A DNA stretch of 63,483 nucleotides, filler included, from Chiloscyllium plagiosum (taxonomy: Eukaryota), in assembly GCF_004010195.1 (NCBI RefSeq). It is 4 parts of one record of this genome, joined end to end, with 100 filler letters (N's around TTAATTAATTAA, not from the genome) between each part and the next. Parts side by side here need not be neighbours in the genome. Positions count along the whole stretch, not along the records: positions 1 to 20,596 come from NC_057712.1; positions 20,697 to 43,075 come from NC_057712.1; 2 more parts are not named here. The stretch is one strand, 5' to 3'. The notes beneath the pieces are model-generated. The model did not search any database, was not told the DNA's origin, and saw only the letters and a program-made list of their open reading frames with translations. This document shows, in pieces, positions 9,368-21,894 of this stretch; the stretch's first letter is position 1, and each line of letters begins with the position of its first letter. The position numbers were made by a program, and so were the translations under genes.

Positions 9368-12238
9368 TACTCATGTTGTCCAAAGGCTGGGAAAATTCCA
9401 CTCAAAATCTTAGGTACAATTAAAAGAAATAAATGCACATCACTGGGGAAAATATCTGATTGACAGCAAGCCAAGTGAAGAGTGGAAAGTTTTTCAAAGT
9501 GGCAAATTCTACATACAGTATTATGCAGTTGGTTGTCAATCAGCATGAAGTCATAATTAAAGATGGGATATAGCATCATAAAAGATTTTAAAACAGAAAT
9601 CTACTAATTTCCTGAAGTCAGCAATTTTTAATAGATTTTTGAGTTGTCCCAAATACTATTCGAGTGATGTTGAAACAAGAACTTTACAAACTAGAACCAA
9701 TGAAGTTACTTAGTAAAATGGTTGGGTGGCACCCACAGGAGAGGTGTCAAAAGTTAAAGGAGAAAATTTTGAGTTTGGGTCATTGTAAAATATGGAGTGT
9801 GTATTTTACCACCCTTTATGTTGCTTTCCTGATTTTCATTTCGACTGAAGTTGCGTATTTCAAAGACTATATGGTTTTAGGATATTTCTCTGAAAACACA
9901 GGATGTTGTGTGTAATGGGAGCATTCCAATTACCAGTATTCAGTTAATAAACTCAGGGTCTAGCAATGACAACATTTTTCACTGCACAAGTGACAGTGCA
10001 CTGCAACTCCACAAAACAAACTCTAAGGATTTCCATGATTTAAACTTTGTTTGTTGTCCTTGTTGAGAAAGGCTTTTGAGAAATGTTTTATCAACCCGAA
10101 ATTTGCCAGAGATTTCATTTTTGATTTGTTGGCTTCATTTTAATTTGCACTGGTGAGCATAGCAGGAATGTTGAAACTAAAGTTAATAATAGAAAAAAAA
10201 AGGCACATTGTATTGCTTTTCCCCACCATTCAACTCAGTGCTATTCCTCCATTAAACTTTGTCATTGTGAAAGACATAAATTATAGAGCTATAGTTGTTA
10301 AAAAAAAAATCGTATAATGCTGTCCAAACCAATTTCAATGTGAATCTTACAGTTGCAGGTATGTTTTTGATTTTTAATAGAAATTGACTATTAAAATTTT
10401 ATGTAATTTGTGTTGAACTCTGATTCATTGAAAGCATTTAAAAACAAACCATGGACTTAATTTAAAAATCCTGTTATAAACCAATGAATACAAATGACTA
10501 TGAAAATGCATTGTACATGTTCTTATAAATCACTTTAAATTAGACATGAGATCTTGACAGATTTGAGTATTAATTGTATTTGTTGGAATTTTGATTTTAG
10601 TTAGGCATGTGTGTCAACCAATGATATATCTGTCAAATATGTAATCTGAAATCAAATTGCAGTCAAAATAGTTGAACTTTTAAAAGATTACTAAACTGCA
10701 TTTTTAATAAACTTCTTCTTGATCAGCTTTCAGCTGACTAAGGCAAATGGCAGATAATAAGTGTGGCTGTATTAAAGCATGATGCAACAGCTTCATGATG
10801 CTGTAAAATAGAGAAATCCCATTATAACAAATACCACTCTACTTGGCTTCATGCAGGGAAATAATGTCAGAAGGGTAAGTTTTGCCAAGTCCCCTTGAAA
10901 TTTGACCCCCACCCGGAACAAAGACTCACATTGGCATTTATCTGAACCAGGGACCTGTCTTGTTGTTTAGCTGGACTTCTCAGGAAGTCCACTGAGATCT
11001 GTATAATATGACCAAGACATTAATATACAATCATTTCATAATGTGATAACAAAGAAAATCATAACTGAAACAAAGCAGTTCCTCAAAACAACCATCAGCT
11101 TCAACTATTATCACAATTAATATTTATAACAGGACATTTTATTTTACTCAGACACTGATAACTCTGTTCTGCCCAGCTTACTAGATTTGGTTTGGTATAG
11201 GGTACAATTATGACACAAGTAAAGCAGTATTTTAAACATACAGTATATGTTTAAATAAACATCTGTTTTGTAGCTAGTGAATTGTTTATTATCTTTTTTG
11301 TGATACACTTCTTTGTTCTAAATATAGACTGAACAATTATAATCATAGGTGAAGTTAATAATACTGGTAAAGATAAGAAATTATATTTGTAAAATATAAT
11401 TAAGGTTGTGATTTTTTAAAATTAAATGTTACCATTTGTCCTAGTGAAAGAAACCAAATATCTAAAGTCTTCCATCCACAAATCTTCGAAAATTATTTTG
11501 GTTCTTGTGATGGCTGGTTTTTGCTATCATATACAATTTGCTTCAATATACCATGTAATGATTTGTGGCACTTTAATGTTGCATTTAGATTACTTTGTGT
11601 ACCCAGCAGAGAAATGCCAATTGATGAATAGATACATGGAGCTAGTTCAGCAAAAGTAAAAGTAAGCCACTGTATCTCATCAGTTTACAAATGAGGCAAG
11701 AACAAAGTTTGATTTATTAACAACAGGCCCTGTCATCTGGTCACCAGTGAATCACACGCCCGTAGCAATGCAGATTAGAGGTTTGATTCACTGCAGCTTA
11801 CACAAGAGCTAATTTATTGAACACAATTTGGAACATAAGAGAAAGGAAAGGTCTTACAAAAATATCTACTTTACCATATTGGGTACAATAATAATAATCA
11901 TCAAAATTTAACTGTTTACTTGTGCATTGAAGCTTTGTATACAAACTATTAATTAGTCAAATCTTGAAGTAATGTATCCTTCTGTGTTCCAAAGTGTTTT
12001 AGTTAATAATGTCTCACGTGGTTTCACTTACATTTGTTGACTTTATAATTAATTAAACTGAGATTTTATGTCTGGAGAAACAGGAGCTCACCATCAGCCT
12101 CAACACCATTGTTTTTTGTGATCTAATCACTAATCACATTTTCCATGTCACATGTTTTGGCACTTGGCAAGCAGTTGAAATTGAATATCTGAATAATACA
12201 TTTTATATTGTTTAAATGATGCTGCACACCAAGTTAAT

Positions 12239-12334
12239 TCTCCTAGTTTGCACACCAAACCAAAGGTGGTTTGGCAAACCTTTAGCAATCTCACTCAAAA
12301 GAACAAAAAAAAGGCTGGTGTGCAAACTAGGAGA
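12239..12334. repeat. Perfect 19-bp inverted repeat with 58-nt spacer (MITE-like or hairpin element)
   Basis: TCTCCTAGTTTGCACACCA 12239-12257 and TGGTGTGCAAACTAGGAGA 12316-12334. Confidence 0.85.
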
Positions 12335-12431
12335 GATTACTCCCATTGCAATTGACGTTTTTGTGAGTGATCTCATTCACCTCTGTAGCTGAACACCATT
12401 GGTACGTGTAATCAGTGCTCATACTGGAGCT

Positions 12432-12555
12432 GATGTGGAGGTGCCAGTATTGGACTAGGGTGGACATCTGATGAAGGGGCAGCAGTCTGAAAGCTTGTGA
12501 TTTCAAATTAACCTGTTGGACTATAACCTGGTGTCATGTGACTTCTGACCTTGTC
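12432..12555 (+). mobile_element. PLE-type terminal remnant, family C, with AGCT-type hammerhead core
   Basis: CTGATGA-AGGGGCAGCAGTCT-GAAAGCTT at 12468-12496, then AACCTGTTGGACTATAACCTGGTGT; no coding sequence attached, so PLE assignment is by analogy. Confidence 0.6.
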
Positions 12556-12877
12556 ATTCTGGATCTGTTTAATTAGGAAGTGTTGAGGGAAATTCAGTCA
12601 ATGCTTAATAATTCTGTTTTGTGTTTTCACGATTGTTTGAAGAATGGAAGAATTTTGATACAGCTTATCTTAGAGATTTACTTCTGAATTGTAGGGCATT
12701 GCACAAGTTTAAACACCATTCCACTTCCCCATTCCCCACACTTTCCATCCTCAGCATCTGTAACATGTGGCTATATGCTGAGGCATATATTTGCTCTTAT
12801 AAAGTTTGTGTAAGTACAGTGGTGTGTGCTCATATACTTGATGATTTTAGAAGAGCTTGTTGCTGCATCTTGACATG

Positions 12878-13330
12878 AAAAACATAAGAAACAGGAGCAA
12901 ACTTCAGTGTATTGGTTCCTCAAACCTGCTGCACGACTCAATAGGATGATGGTAGATTATGTTCTCAACCCCATCTCTCCGCCTACAATTCCATTCTGGA
13001 GGAGAAAATCTGTTTTGAATATTTGAATTGATGCAGCTTCCTTTACTTTCTAAAATTCTAAAGGTTAGTGAGATGGAATAAATGCTGCCTCATCCCCTTC
13101 TTAAGTGCAATTTTGAAACTATGTCTCCTAGTTGTATATTCTTCCATGAGGGGAAATATCCACTCAGCATCCTATACGTTTCATTCTTCTAAACTCTAAT
13201 TAGTACAGACCCAATCCACTCAAAGGCACTTTCATCCTAGCAGTCAGTGGAACTTCCCTGAATTGCCTCTAAAATAAGTATATCAACCCTTAAGTAATGA
13301 GACCAAAGCTGTATAAGGTACTCTCGGCTT
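12878..13330 (-). mobile_element. Degraded CR1 3' end
   Basis: AACATAAGAAACAGGAGCA tail complement; EYLIQLWSHYLRVDI resembles EYCVQFWSPYLRKDI. Confidence 0.7.
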
Positions 13331-13789
13331 GTGATGTGTGTTTCAATGAGTAAGACTAGCACAAACTGAAGCACAAACAGCCATTGCTGAACTAAGGAAT
13401 CTCCCCAGCAAACATAGTTCACTCCATCCTCACTTGTGTCATGCATTTGTTTTTACTATAATCATAACAAAAGCATATGTGACCAATATTTCAAGTGTGA
13501 ATTGACGGGTTTTTTTCTTCACTACCAATATACGTTTAATACAATTATCATGATTCAACAGAAAATAATGAAAATAACAATTTCTTTCTTCCTGTATAAT
13601 TTCAATTAACCTATCTGACATATTTCTCTTTCTGTCTGGGGTTCTCTATCAATTTCCATTAGCTTGACTCAGCTTTCTCAACTTCTCTGATTATGTCAAA
13701 TCTGAACACTGACTTTGGCTACAATTTCCGCTTAAAAGTGGGACTGTGACATTGACTGATTGATATAATCAAAGATCCTGATTCACTTT

Positions 13790-14510
13790 GCTTATGTGCC
13801 ACAGGGGTCAGGGCTGGGAACTTAACTCTTTACAATTTGTATAAGTAATTTGGCTGAAGAGACTGAAGGTATAATAGCTAAAGTTGCTGATATAAAATTA
13901 AATAAAAAAGTGAGTTGTGAAGAGAAAAAAAGGAGCGTACAAAGGGATATGTATATAGATAGGCTGACTGAGCATAGATCTGGCAAATGGAGTGCAATGT
14001 GGAAAAGTGATAAATTGTTAATTTTGTCAGTGAGAATAAAAAAGAAGCATGTTATCTAAAAGATGAGAGATTGCAGAGCTTGGAGATGCAGCATGATCTC
14101 GGGCATGAATCAATGCAGGCTAGTATGCAGGTTAGTATGCAGGTACAACAAATAATCAGGAAAGCTAACAAAATGTTATGTTTTATTGTGAGGGAAATTG
14201 AATGCAAGAGTAGGAAGGTTATGCTTCAGTTATACTGAGACCGTATATAGAGTAGTGTACAGTACTGTTCATTGTACCTACGGAAGGATGTTAATGCATT
14301 GGAAGCAACTCAGAGAAGCTTGGCCACACTTAAATTTAGAATGAGCAGATTGCCTTATGAATGTAGAAGAATCAAAGGTGTCTTATTTGAAACATATAAG
14401 ATCCTGCGGAGACTTACTAGGTGGATGTTGAAAAATGTTTCCTCTTACGATAAATCTAGAACTATGAGTAAAAGTTTAAAATAAGGAATCACCCATTTAA
14501 GACAAATATA
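13790..14510 (+). mobile_element. Degraded CR1 RT/C-terminal fragment
   Basis: IAKVADIKL (FADDTKL-like); YLRKDVNALE..GVLFETYKIL. Confidence 0.75.
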
Positions 14511-14724
14511 AGGCACCATCAGCTCTCCATCTTAACATGTATGATTGAATATAATGGGAATATCCATGATACCAATAGGCCTTCAACAGGGTTTTCTACT
14601 TGAAAAGAGAGAAAGAGTGCATGCAGAAAGCCTACTTAGAACATTAGGTTCTGACTCACCCTACCCTTTCAGTCAGTGACTGTTAAACTTGCACATCTCC
14701 TCAAATTCTCTCTTCATCCTTTCC

Positions 14725-14905
14725 CTCTTACCATAAATCTGTGTCCCCTAGTTATTAACACCTGTATAAATAGAAAAATGTGCCTTCCTATCCATCCTAT
14801 CTATACTCGTTGCAATCTTATGCACCTCATTTGGGAGAAGTAGATAGGATGGATTGGAAGGCACTCTTTCCTGTTCCGAGAAAAACAGCACAGCTATCCA
14901 ATCTT
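14725..14905 (-). mobile_element. CR1 3' fragment containing a local 24-bp inverted duplication
   Basis: LFFSEQ..EVHKI..IDRMDRK; arms 14780-14803 and 14841-14864. Confidence 0.6.
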
Positions 14906-16084
14906 TCCCTATCTCCCAAGCTTCTATGTTCAGGTACCTCTCTTCACAATTATTGTCCATTCTTCAGCTCAGAGTTCTCAAAATTCACCTCCCCAACACT
15001 CCTACTACAGTGGTGGCCCCTGAAAACCCACCTTGATTTTCATGAGCAGACTCCCAGAATGACCATAGCCAATCACCCTGAGCAAGATAAAATGACACCT
15101 CTCCCTGTTGAGTGACCAATCTCCTGACTGATCTTGGTGTAGTTCCCTGACTGACTTACCACTAATGGCCTGACTGCCTGCTCTGGGCCTGTAGGACTGA
15201 CGGTGGCCCACTCCTGAACTGGAAGCCCTGACTCTGGTTGCCCCAAGTGTCCAATTGACAATGTTGACATCCTTGGACTGAGATCAGATGTTGCCCTTGA
15301 CTGATTGTGGCATTCTGATCTGACAGCTCCCCTTGGACTTTGAGAGATGGTCATTTGGCTAGAACACATGCAGTTTGTTTGCTGTAGGGTCCTTTGCTGT
15401 CAACACCAGGAATCTCCTTATTGCTGATCTCATTTGATTCTTCCAAATTTCTCACTATATTGTTCAGTGGCTGGGGAGATTCTACCTGGAATCATTAAAA
15501 CTTTGGTTGGTTTCACTTCTTGGACTTTGAAATCTTCCACTGATCTTAAATCAACTCTTTGTTTTACAAAAACATTTCTCCTCCCTTTTGCTCCACAATG
15601 CACACCTTGTCTTAAATCTCATTGAAATTAATCTGAAGGTAAATAATTTCATCTATTAGACTATTTTACTTCATTGTCTAATGAGAGAACTGGTATTTGT
15701 TTGAAAGCAGGTGGCCTGAAATGATTCCATTTCTGAAGAATGCAATGCAACTTATCAACGCTTCATCTGACCTCTTCAGATTTTCTTCTACTCAATAGAC
15801 AGACATTGTGCAAAATAACCTGAATTGATTGTGTGTAGAAATTGATTTCTTGCCTTCTCTTCAGTTTGCAGTGAAGACCTCCATGACAGGTATAGTTGAC
15901 AATATGGTATTCTCACTTTTTCACTGTTTCATAAAATACTGTTTTTAAACTGGATAAAAAATAATATGGCAAGGAACCCCTAATCATCCTTACTGAATGC
16001 TTGTCATATGGCCTTGGTACCTTTTGCTTCTTCCTTGCAAAACAAAGGAAAGTACTTGGCAGCATCTTTGACCCTTTTAGAGTT

Positions 16085-18877
16085 CATAAGATCATAAGAA
16101 ATAGGAGTGGAAGTAAGGCCATTCGGCCATCAAGTCCACTCCACCGTTCAATCATGGCTGATGGGCATTTCAACTCCACTTAGCCGCACTCTCCCCATAT
16201 CCCTTAATTCCTTGCAAGATTAAGACTTTATCAATCTCTGCCTTGAAGAAACTTTACCTCTCGGCCTCCACTGCACTCTGTGGCAATGAATTCCACAGGC
16301 CTAACACTCTGGCTGAAGAAATGTCTGCTCATTTCTGTTCTAAATTGACCCCCTCTAGTTCTATGGCTGTGCTCAAGAGTCCTAGTATCCCTGCCGAATA
16401 GAAACAATTTCCCAGCGTCCACTCTTTCTATGCCATGCATTAACTTGTAAGTTTCTATTAGATCTTCTCTCAACCTTCCAAACTCTAATGAATACAATCC
16501 CATGATCCTTAGCCGTTCATCGTATGTTAGGCTGACCATTCCAGGGATCATCTGTGTGAATCTGCATTGGACACGCTCCAGTGCTAGTATGTTCTTTCTG
16601 AGGTGATAGGCCTAAAACTGGACACAGTATTCTAAATGGGACCTAATCAGAGCTTTATAAAGTCTCAGTAGTACATCACTGCTTTTACATTCCAACCCTC
16701 TTGAGATAAATGACAATATTAAATTTGCTTTTATCCCAAATCTCTGCCTTCTGTCAGACAGCCAATCCTCAATCCATGCCAGTAGCTCACCTCGAACATT
16801 ATGGACCCTCACCTTACTCAGCAGCCTCCCGTGAGGCACCTTATCAAAGGCCTTTTGGAAGTCTAGGTAGATAGCATCCACTGGGTTTCCCTGGTCTAAC
16901 CTACTTGTTACCTCTTCAAAGAGTTCTAACAGGCACGACCTCCCCTTATTAAATCCATGCTGGCTTTTTCTAATCTGACCCTGCACTTCCAAGAATTTAG
17001 AAATCTCATCCTCAACGAAGGATTCTAGAATTTTACCTACAACTGAGGTTAGGCTCATCGGCCTATAATTTTCCATCTTTTGTCTTGATCCTTTCTTGAA
17101 CAAGTGGATTACAACAGTGATGTTCCAATCATCTAGGACTTTCCCTGACTCCAGTGACTAATGAAAGATTACAACCAATGCCTCGGCTATTTCTTCAGCC
17201 ATCTCTGTCAGAACTCTAGGATGTAACCGATTGGGGCCAGGAGATTTATTAATTTTTAGACCTTTTAGCTTTTCAAGTACTTTCTCCTTTGTAATGGCCA
17301 CCATACTCAACTCTGCCTCTTGGCACTCCTTAATTGTTGGGATATTACTCATGTCTTCCACTGTGAAGACTGACACAAAGTATTTACAAAGTTCTTCAGC
17401 TATTTCCGAATCTCCCATCACTAGCCTTCCTGCATCAATTTGGAACAGCCCAACCCCTACTTTTGCCTCTCATTTGTTTCTTATGTATTGAAAGAAACTT
17501 TAACTATCATTTCTAATATTACTAGCTAGCTTACCTTCATATTTGATACTTTCCTTCCTTATTTCTCTATTTGTTTTCCTCTGTTTGTTTTTGTAGTCTT
17601 CTCAATCTTCTGATTTCCCAGTGCTCTTGGCCATTTTATAGGCTCTCTCTTTTTCTGTGATACATTTCCTGAGTTCCTCATCAGCCATGGTTGTCTAATT
17701 CCCACCCCTCAGGTAACCTTTCTTTTCCTTGGGATGTACCTCTGTACTGTGCACTGAATTACACCCAGAAACTCCTGCCATTGTTGCTCTACTGTCTTCT
17801 CCACTAGGCTCTGATTCCAGTTGATTTTCGTCAGTTCCTCTCTCATGCCCCTGTAATTACCTTTATTTAACTGTAACACCATTACATCCAATTTTGCCTT
17901 CTCTCTTTTGAACTGCAGACTGAACTCTTCCATATTATGATTGCTGCCTCCTAAGTGTTTATAAAGTCTGGCTTGTTATATAGCATTAAGTCCAGAATAG
18001 CCTGCTCCCTTGTGGGCTCCATCACAAGCTGTTCCAAAATGCCATCCTGTAAGCATTCCATGAATTTCCTTTCTTTGGATCCACCCAGTTCATAATTCAC
18101 CCAGTTCATTTGCATGTTGAAGTCCCCCATGATCACCGTGACCTTGCCTTTCTGACATGCCCTATCTATTTCCTGATACATCTTGTGCCCCTGGTCCTGA
18201 CCACTGCTGGGAGGTCTGTACATAACTCCCATTATGGTTTTTTGCCTTTGTGACTCCTCAACTCCATCCACACAAAGTCCACATCATCTGACCCTATGTC
18301 ATTTAGTTCCATAGATTTAATTTCATTCTTAACTAACAGGGCAACCTCACCCCCTCTGCCCACCTCCCTGTCTTTTCAGTAAGTTGTAAATCCTTGGATG
18401 TTTAACTGCCAGTTCTGAACCCCCGCAATCTCATCTCTGTGATGCCTATCACATCATAATCAGTTACGATGATTTGTGCTGTTAATTTATCTACTTTGAT
18501 ATGAATGCTTCACGCATTCAGGTAAAGCACCTTAATGCTAATTTTCTTATCCTCATGATTTCCATCACCTCTATCTAAGTTATCCTTCCTTTTTGCTTCA
18601 TTCCTAGCCTGCCTTGAACTTAAATCCCGCACACATGCTAATGTGCTGCTTATCTTTCTACTTGACTCCGTACTCCCTGTTGCTTTCCCTTTCCCTTCTC
18701 CCCCAACTCAAGTTTAAAGTCCTAGTGACCACCCTATTTATCCTTTTTGCCAGGACACTGGGTCCAGATCGGTCCAGGTGGAGACTGTCCCGTTGGTACA
18801 GATCGCCCCAGTTCCAAAACTGATGCTAATGTCCCATGAAATGGAATACCTCTTTCCCACAGCAATCTCTTAGCCAA
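16085..18877 (-). mobile_element. CR1 LINE: end of ORF1 esterase, APE, partial RT (core deleted near 16730), C-terminus and tail
   Basis: LYQRDSLHL..TRTLN near 18710-18810; YRPP/MGDFN; KSPGP; NYRPMSLTS..YLDFQKAFDKVPH; QRFGIK joined to ANLILSFI skips PQG/ADD motifs. Confidence 0.93.
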
Positions 18878-19487
18878 AAGTCATAGAGTCCTACAGCAGG
18901 GAGACAGGCCCTTTGACCCAAACTGGTCCATGCCAATAAAATGTCCATCAACGCTAACCCCATTTCCCTGCACTTGGCTCATTTCCTTCTGATCCTTTCC
19001 TATCCATGTATTTGTCCAAATGCCTTTTAAATGTTAAGAATGTGCCCATCTCACCCACTTCCGCTGGTGCTCATTCCATATGCGTACCACCCTCAGTGTA
19101 ATAAGGTTGCCCCTCAGGTTCCCTTTTATTCTTTCACCTTTAACCTTGGAAAAAGACTGAGTGCATTCACCCTATCCATGCCTCTCATGATCTTATACAC
19201 CTCTGTAAGACGCCCCCTCAGTCTCATACGCTCTGAAGAAAAAAGTCCTAGCTTGTCTAACTTCTCCCTATAATTCAGACCATTGAGTTCAGGCAACATC
19301 CTTGTAAATTTCCTCAGTACTCTTTCCAGTTTAATAACATCCTTCCTGTAACAGGGTGCCCAAAACTGAACACAATACTCCAAGTGTGGCCTCACCAATG
19401 TCATGTATAACTGTAACTTAACTTCCCAACTTCTGTACTCAGCGTCCTGACTGATGAAGGCCAGTGTGCCAAAAATCTTCTTCAATG
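18878..19487 (-). mobile_element. 5'-truncated CR1 3' end
   Basis: LVRPHLEYCVQFWAP..RLRGRLTEVYKIM; 3' UTR GGGTCAAAGGGCCTGT..CTCTATGACT. Confidence 0.92.
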
Positions 19488-20018
19488 CCCCTCTTCCTCT
19501 CTTATTTTTGACATCTAGTCTAAATGAGACAAAAAGCTCTTTTTGAAGTTGGCAGTGATTTCAATGCCAAAAAATTCTCTGTAACCCCCATGCTTTTTGT
19601 AAATCTTCAAGACAGATTTTTGCAACTTCTGAATGCAATAATTTTCAATCTGCAATCACATTCTCGGCCAGAATAAATTGACTGATGAATCATTCTAATG
19701 GTGAATCTCTCCTGTTACTGCTGTTGTCAGTGAATTTTCCTTGAGATGTGTTCTTTTATTGTAAGAAAAAGACAGGATGTATCTTGAGTTGTTTGTGTTT
19801 TTTTTATTTTCACAGCACTATTGGCCCAAATTCCTTCATTCATGATGAAAAGTGCTTGATGATGCAAAATCTATTCAGCTGCAAATTCATTGACTTTATG
19901 GAGCTAGATTTTATACTCAAGGTCTTCCTTATACTAATAATTACTGCAAGTACAATAGCAATATTTCCTTTTCACAATTACCAACAGCCATTATCTCTTA
20001 AAGAGGCAATGTTACAAT

Positions 20019-20596
20019 CATAGAACATAGAACATAGAACATAGAACAATACAGCACAGAACAGGCCCTTCGGCCCACGATGTTGTGCGAACATTTGTCC
20101 TAGCTTAAGCTCCTATCCATATACCTATCCAATTACTGCTTAAAGGTCACCAATGATTCTGCCTCTGCCACTCCCACAGGCAGCGCATTCCATGCCCCCA
20201 CTGCCACTCCCACAGGCAGCGCATTCCATGCCCCCACCATTCTCTGGGTAAAGAACCTACCCCAGACATCTCCCCTATACCTTCCACCCTTCACCTTAAA
20301 TTTATGTCCCCTTGTAACACTCTGTTGTACCCGGGGAAAAAGTCTCTGACTGTCTACTCTATCTATCCCCCTGATCATCTTATAAAGCTCTATCAAGTCA
20401 CCCCTCATCCTTCGCCGTTCCAATGAGAAAAGGCCTAGCACACTCAACCTATCCTCGTACGACCTATTCTCCATTCCAGGCAACATCCTGGTAAATCTCC
20501 TCTGCACCCTCTCCAAAGCTTCCACATCTTTCCTAAAGTGAGGCGACAAGAACTGCACACAGTACTCCAAATGCGGCCTAACCAAAGTCCTGTACA
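20019..20596 (-). mobile_element. Young CR1 3' end with (GTTCTAT)n tail and 36-bp tandem duplication
   Basis: Open frame VRPHLEYCVQF..RGDLIELYKM..WNALP; ATAGAAC repeats 20020-20047. Confidence 0.95.
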
Positions 20597-20696
20597 NNNN
20601 NNNNNNNNNNNNNNNNNNNNNNNNNNNNNNNNNNNNNNNNTTAATTAATTAANNNNNNNNNNNNNNNNNNNNNNNNNNNNNNNNNNNNNNNNNNNN
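20597..20696. other. Artificial gap spacer N44-TTAATTAATTAA-N44
   Basis: Identical 100-nt construct occurs three times; the 12-mer gives stops in all six frames. Confidence 0.97.
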
Positions 20697-21220
20697 ATTC
20701 TCTCCCTAGTTACCCTTTTGTCCTTCATGTATTTGTAAAAACTCTTTGGATTCTCCTTAATCCTATTTGCCAAAGTGATCTCATGTCCCCTTTTTGCCCT
20801 TCTGATTTCCCTCTGAAGTATAGTCCTACTGCTTTTATACTCTTCTAAGGATTCATTCGATCTATCCTGTCTATACCTGACATATGCTTCCTTCTTTTTC
20901 TTAACCAACCCTCAATTTTTCCAGTCATCCAGCATTCCCTATACCTATCAGCCTTTCCTTTCACCCTAACAGGAATATACTGTCTCTGGACTCTTGTTAT
21001 CTCATTTCTGAAGGCTTCCAATTTTCCAGTCATCTCTTTACCTGTGAACATCTGCACCCAATCAGCTTTTGAAAGTTTTTGCCTAATACCGTCAAAAGTA
21101 GCCTTCCTTCAATTTAGAATTTCAATTGTTAGATCTAGTCTATCCTTTTTTATCACTATTTTAAAACATAATAGATTTATCATCGTTGGCCCCAAAGTGC
21201 TCCCCCACTGACACCTCCCC
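20697..21220 (-). mobile_element. CR1 ORF2 fragment (APE end to linker)
   Basis: IRRAKRGHE..IKENPKSFYKY; GEHFGANDD resembles the APE C-terminal motif. Confidence 0.85.
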
Positions 21221-21894
21221 GAACTGACAAATTTCAGTAGTTCTTTCATTTTTTTCATTATACTTGGATTACCAAACAAATTGCTGAGCATAAAAGATTA
21301 TAGACACTGATGATCATCACTGTCATGTACCATTCGCTGAACTTATAGACAATGGTTCATCATTTGTATTAGAAATCTTTCTTGGTAGCCGGTAAAGTAG
21401 TCAGTATTTGCTTGTGTATTAGCATTGAGATTTTTCTTTTATACTGCTGTTTGCAACATCACCCATATATTCAATTTGGATGTGAAAGATCCAAACTATT
21501 CATGCCCAGAAACTGAGATGTGATTCCCAAATGTCATTGCAATGAATGTCCAAAAAAATAGTTACATTGCTTTGATGCATTTCTGTATCATATAGCCAGG
21601 AATGTAAGAAATTCAGACAGCCAGAGACATTAAAACTAAAGAGTTGTAAGGAGTTGGCCACAGGATGTTATTTAATTGGTAGCAAAATTAGATACATTGA
21701 GAGTCAGTGATTATCAGACATACTTGTGGTTTTGGCTAGCAAGAACACAAGATACTATTAACATTTATTTGACTAAAAAGCAATTATATGTTGGAATATG
21801 TGATTGTTAAAGCTGATTGAGACAGACAGAATAGAATACACATTTCAGAGAAAAGATTGTTTTTATTGAAGAGAAGTTCATTCTAAAAGCATTA

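Noticed and set aside
10318..10364. Possible exon end AVQTNFNVNLTVA|GTATGT (Ig-like LTV ending)
   Set aside because: Upstream poly-A and in-frame stop, no credible acceptor, no partner exons
20641..20652. TTAATTAATTAA palindrome recurring three times
   Set aside because: Centred in fixed N runs; artificial linker, not a biological repeat or CRISPR
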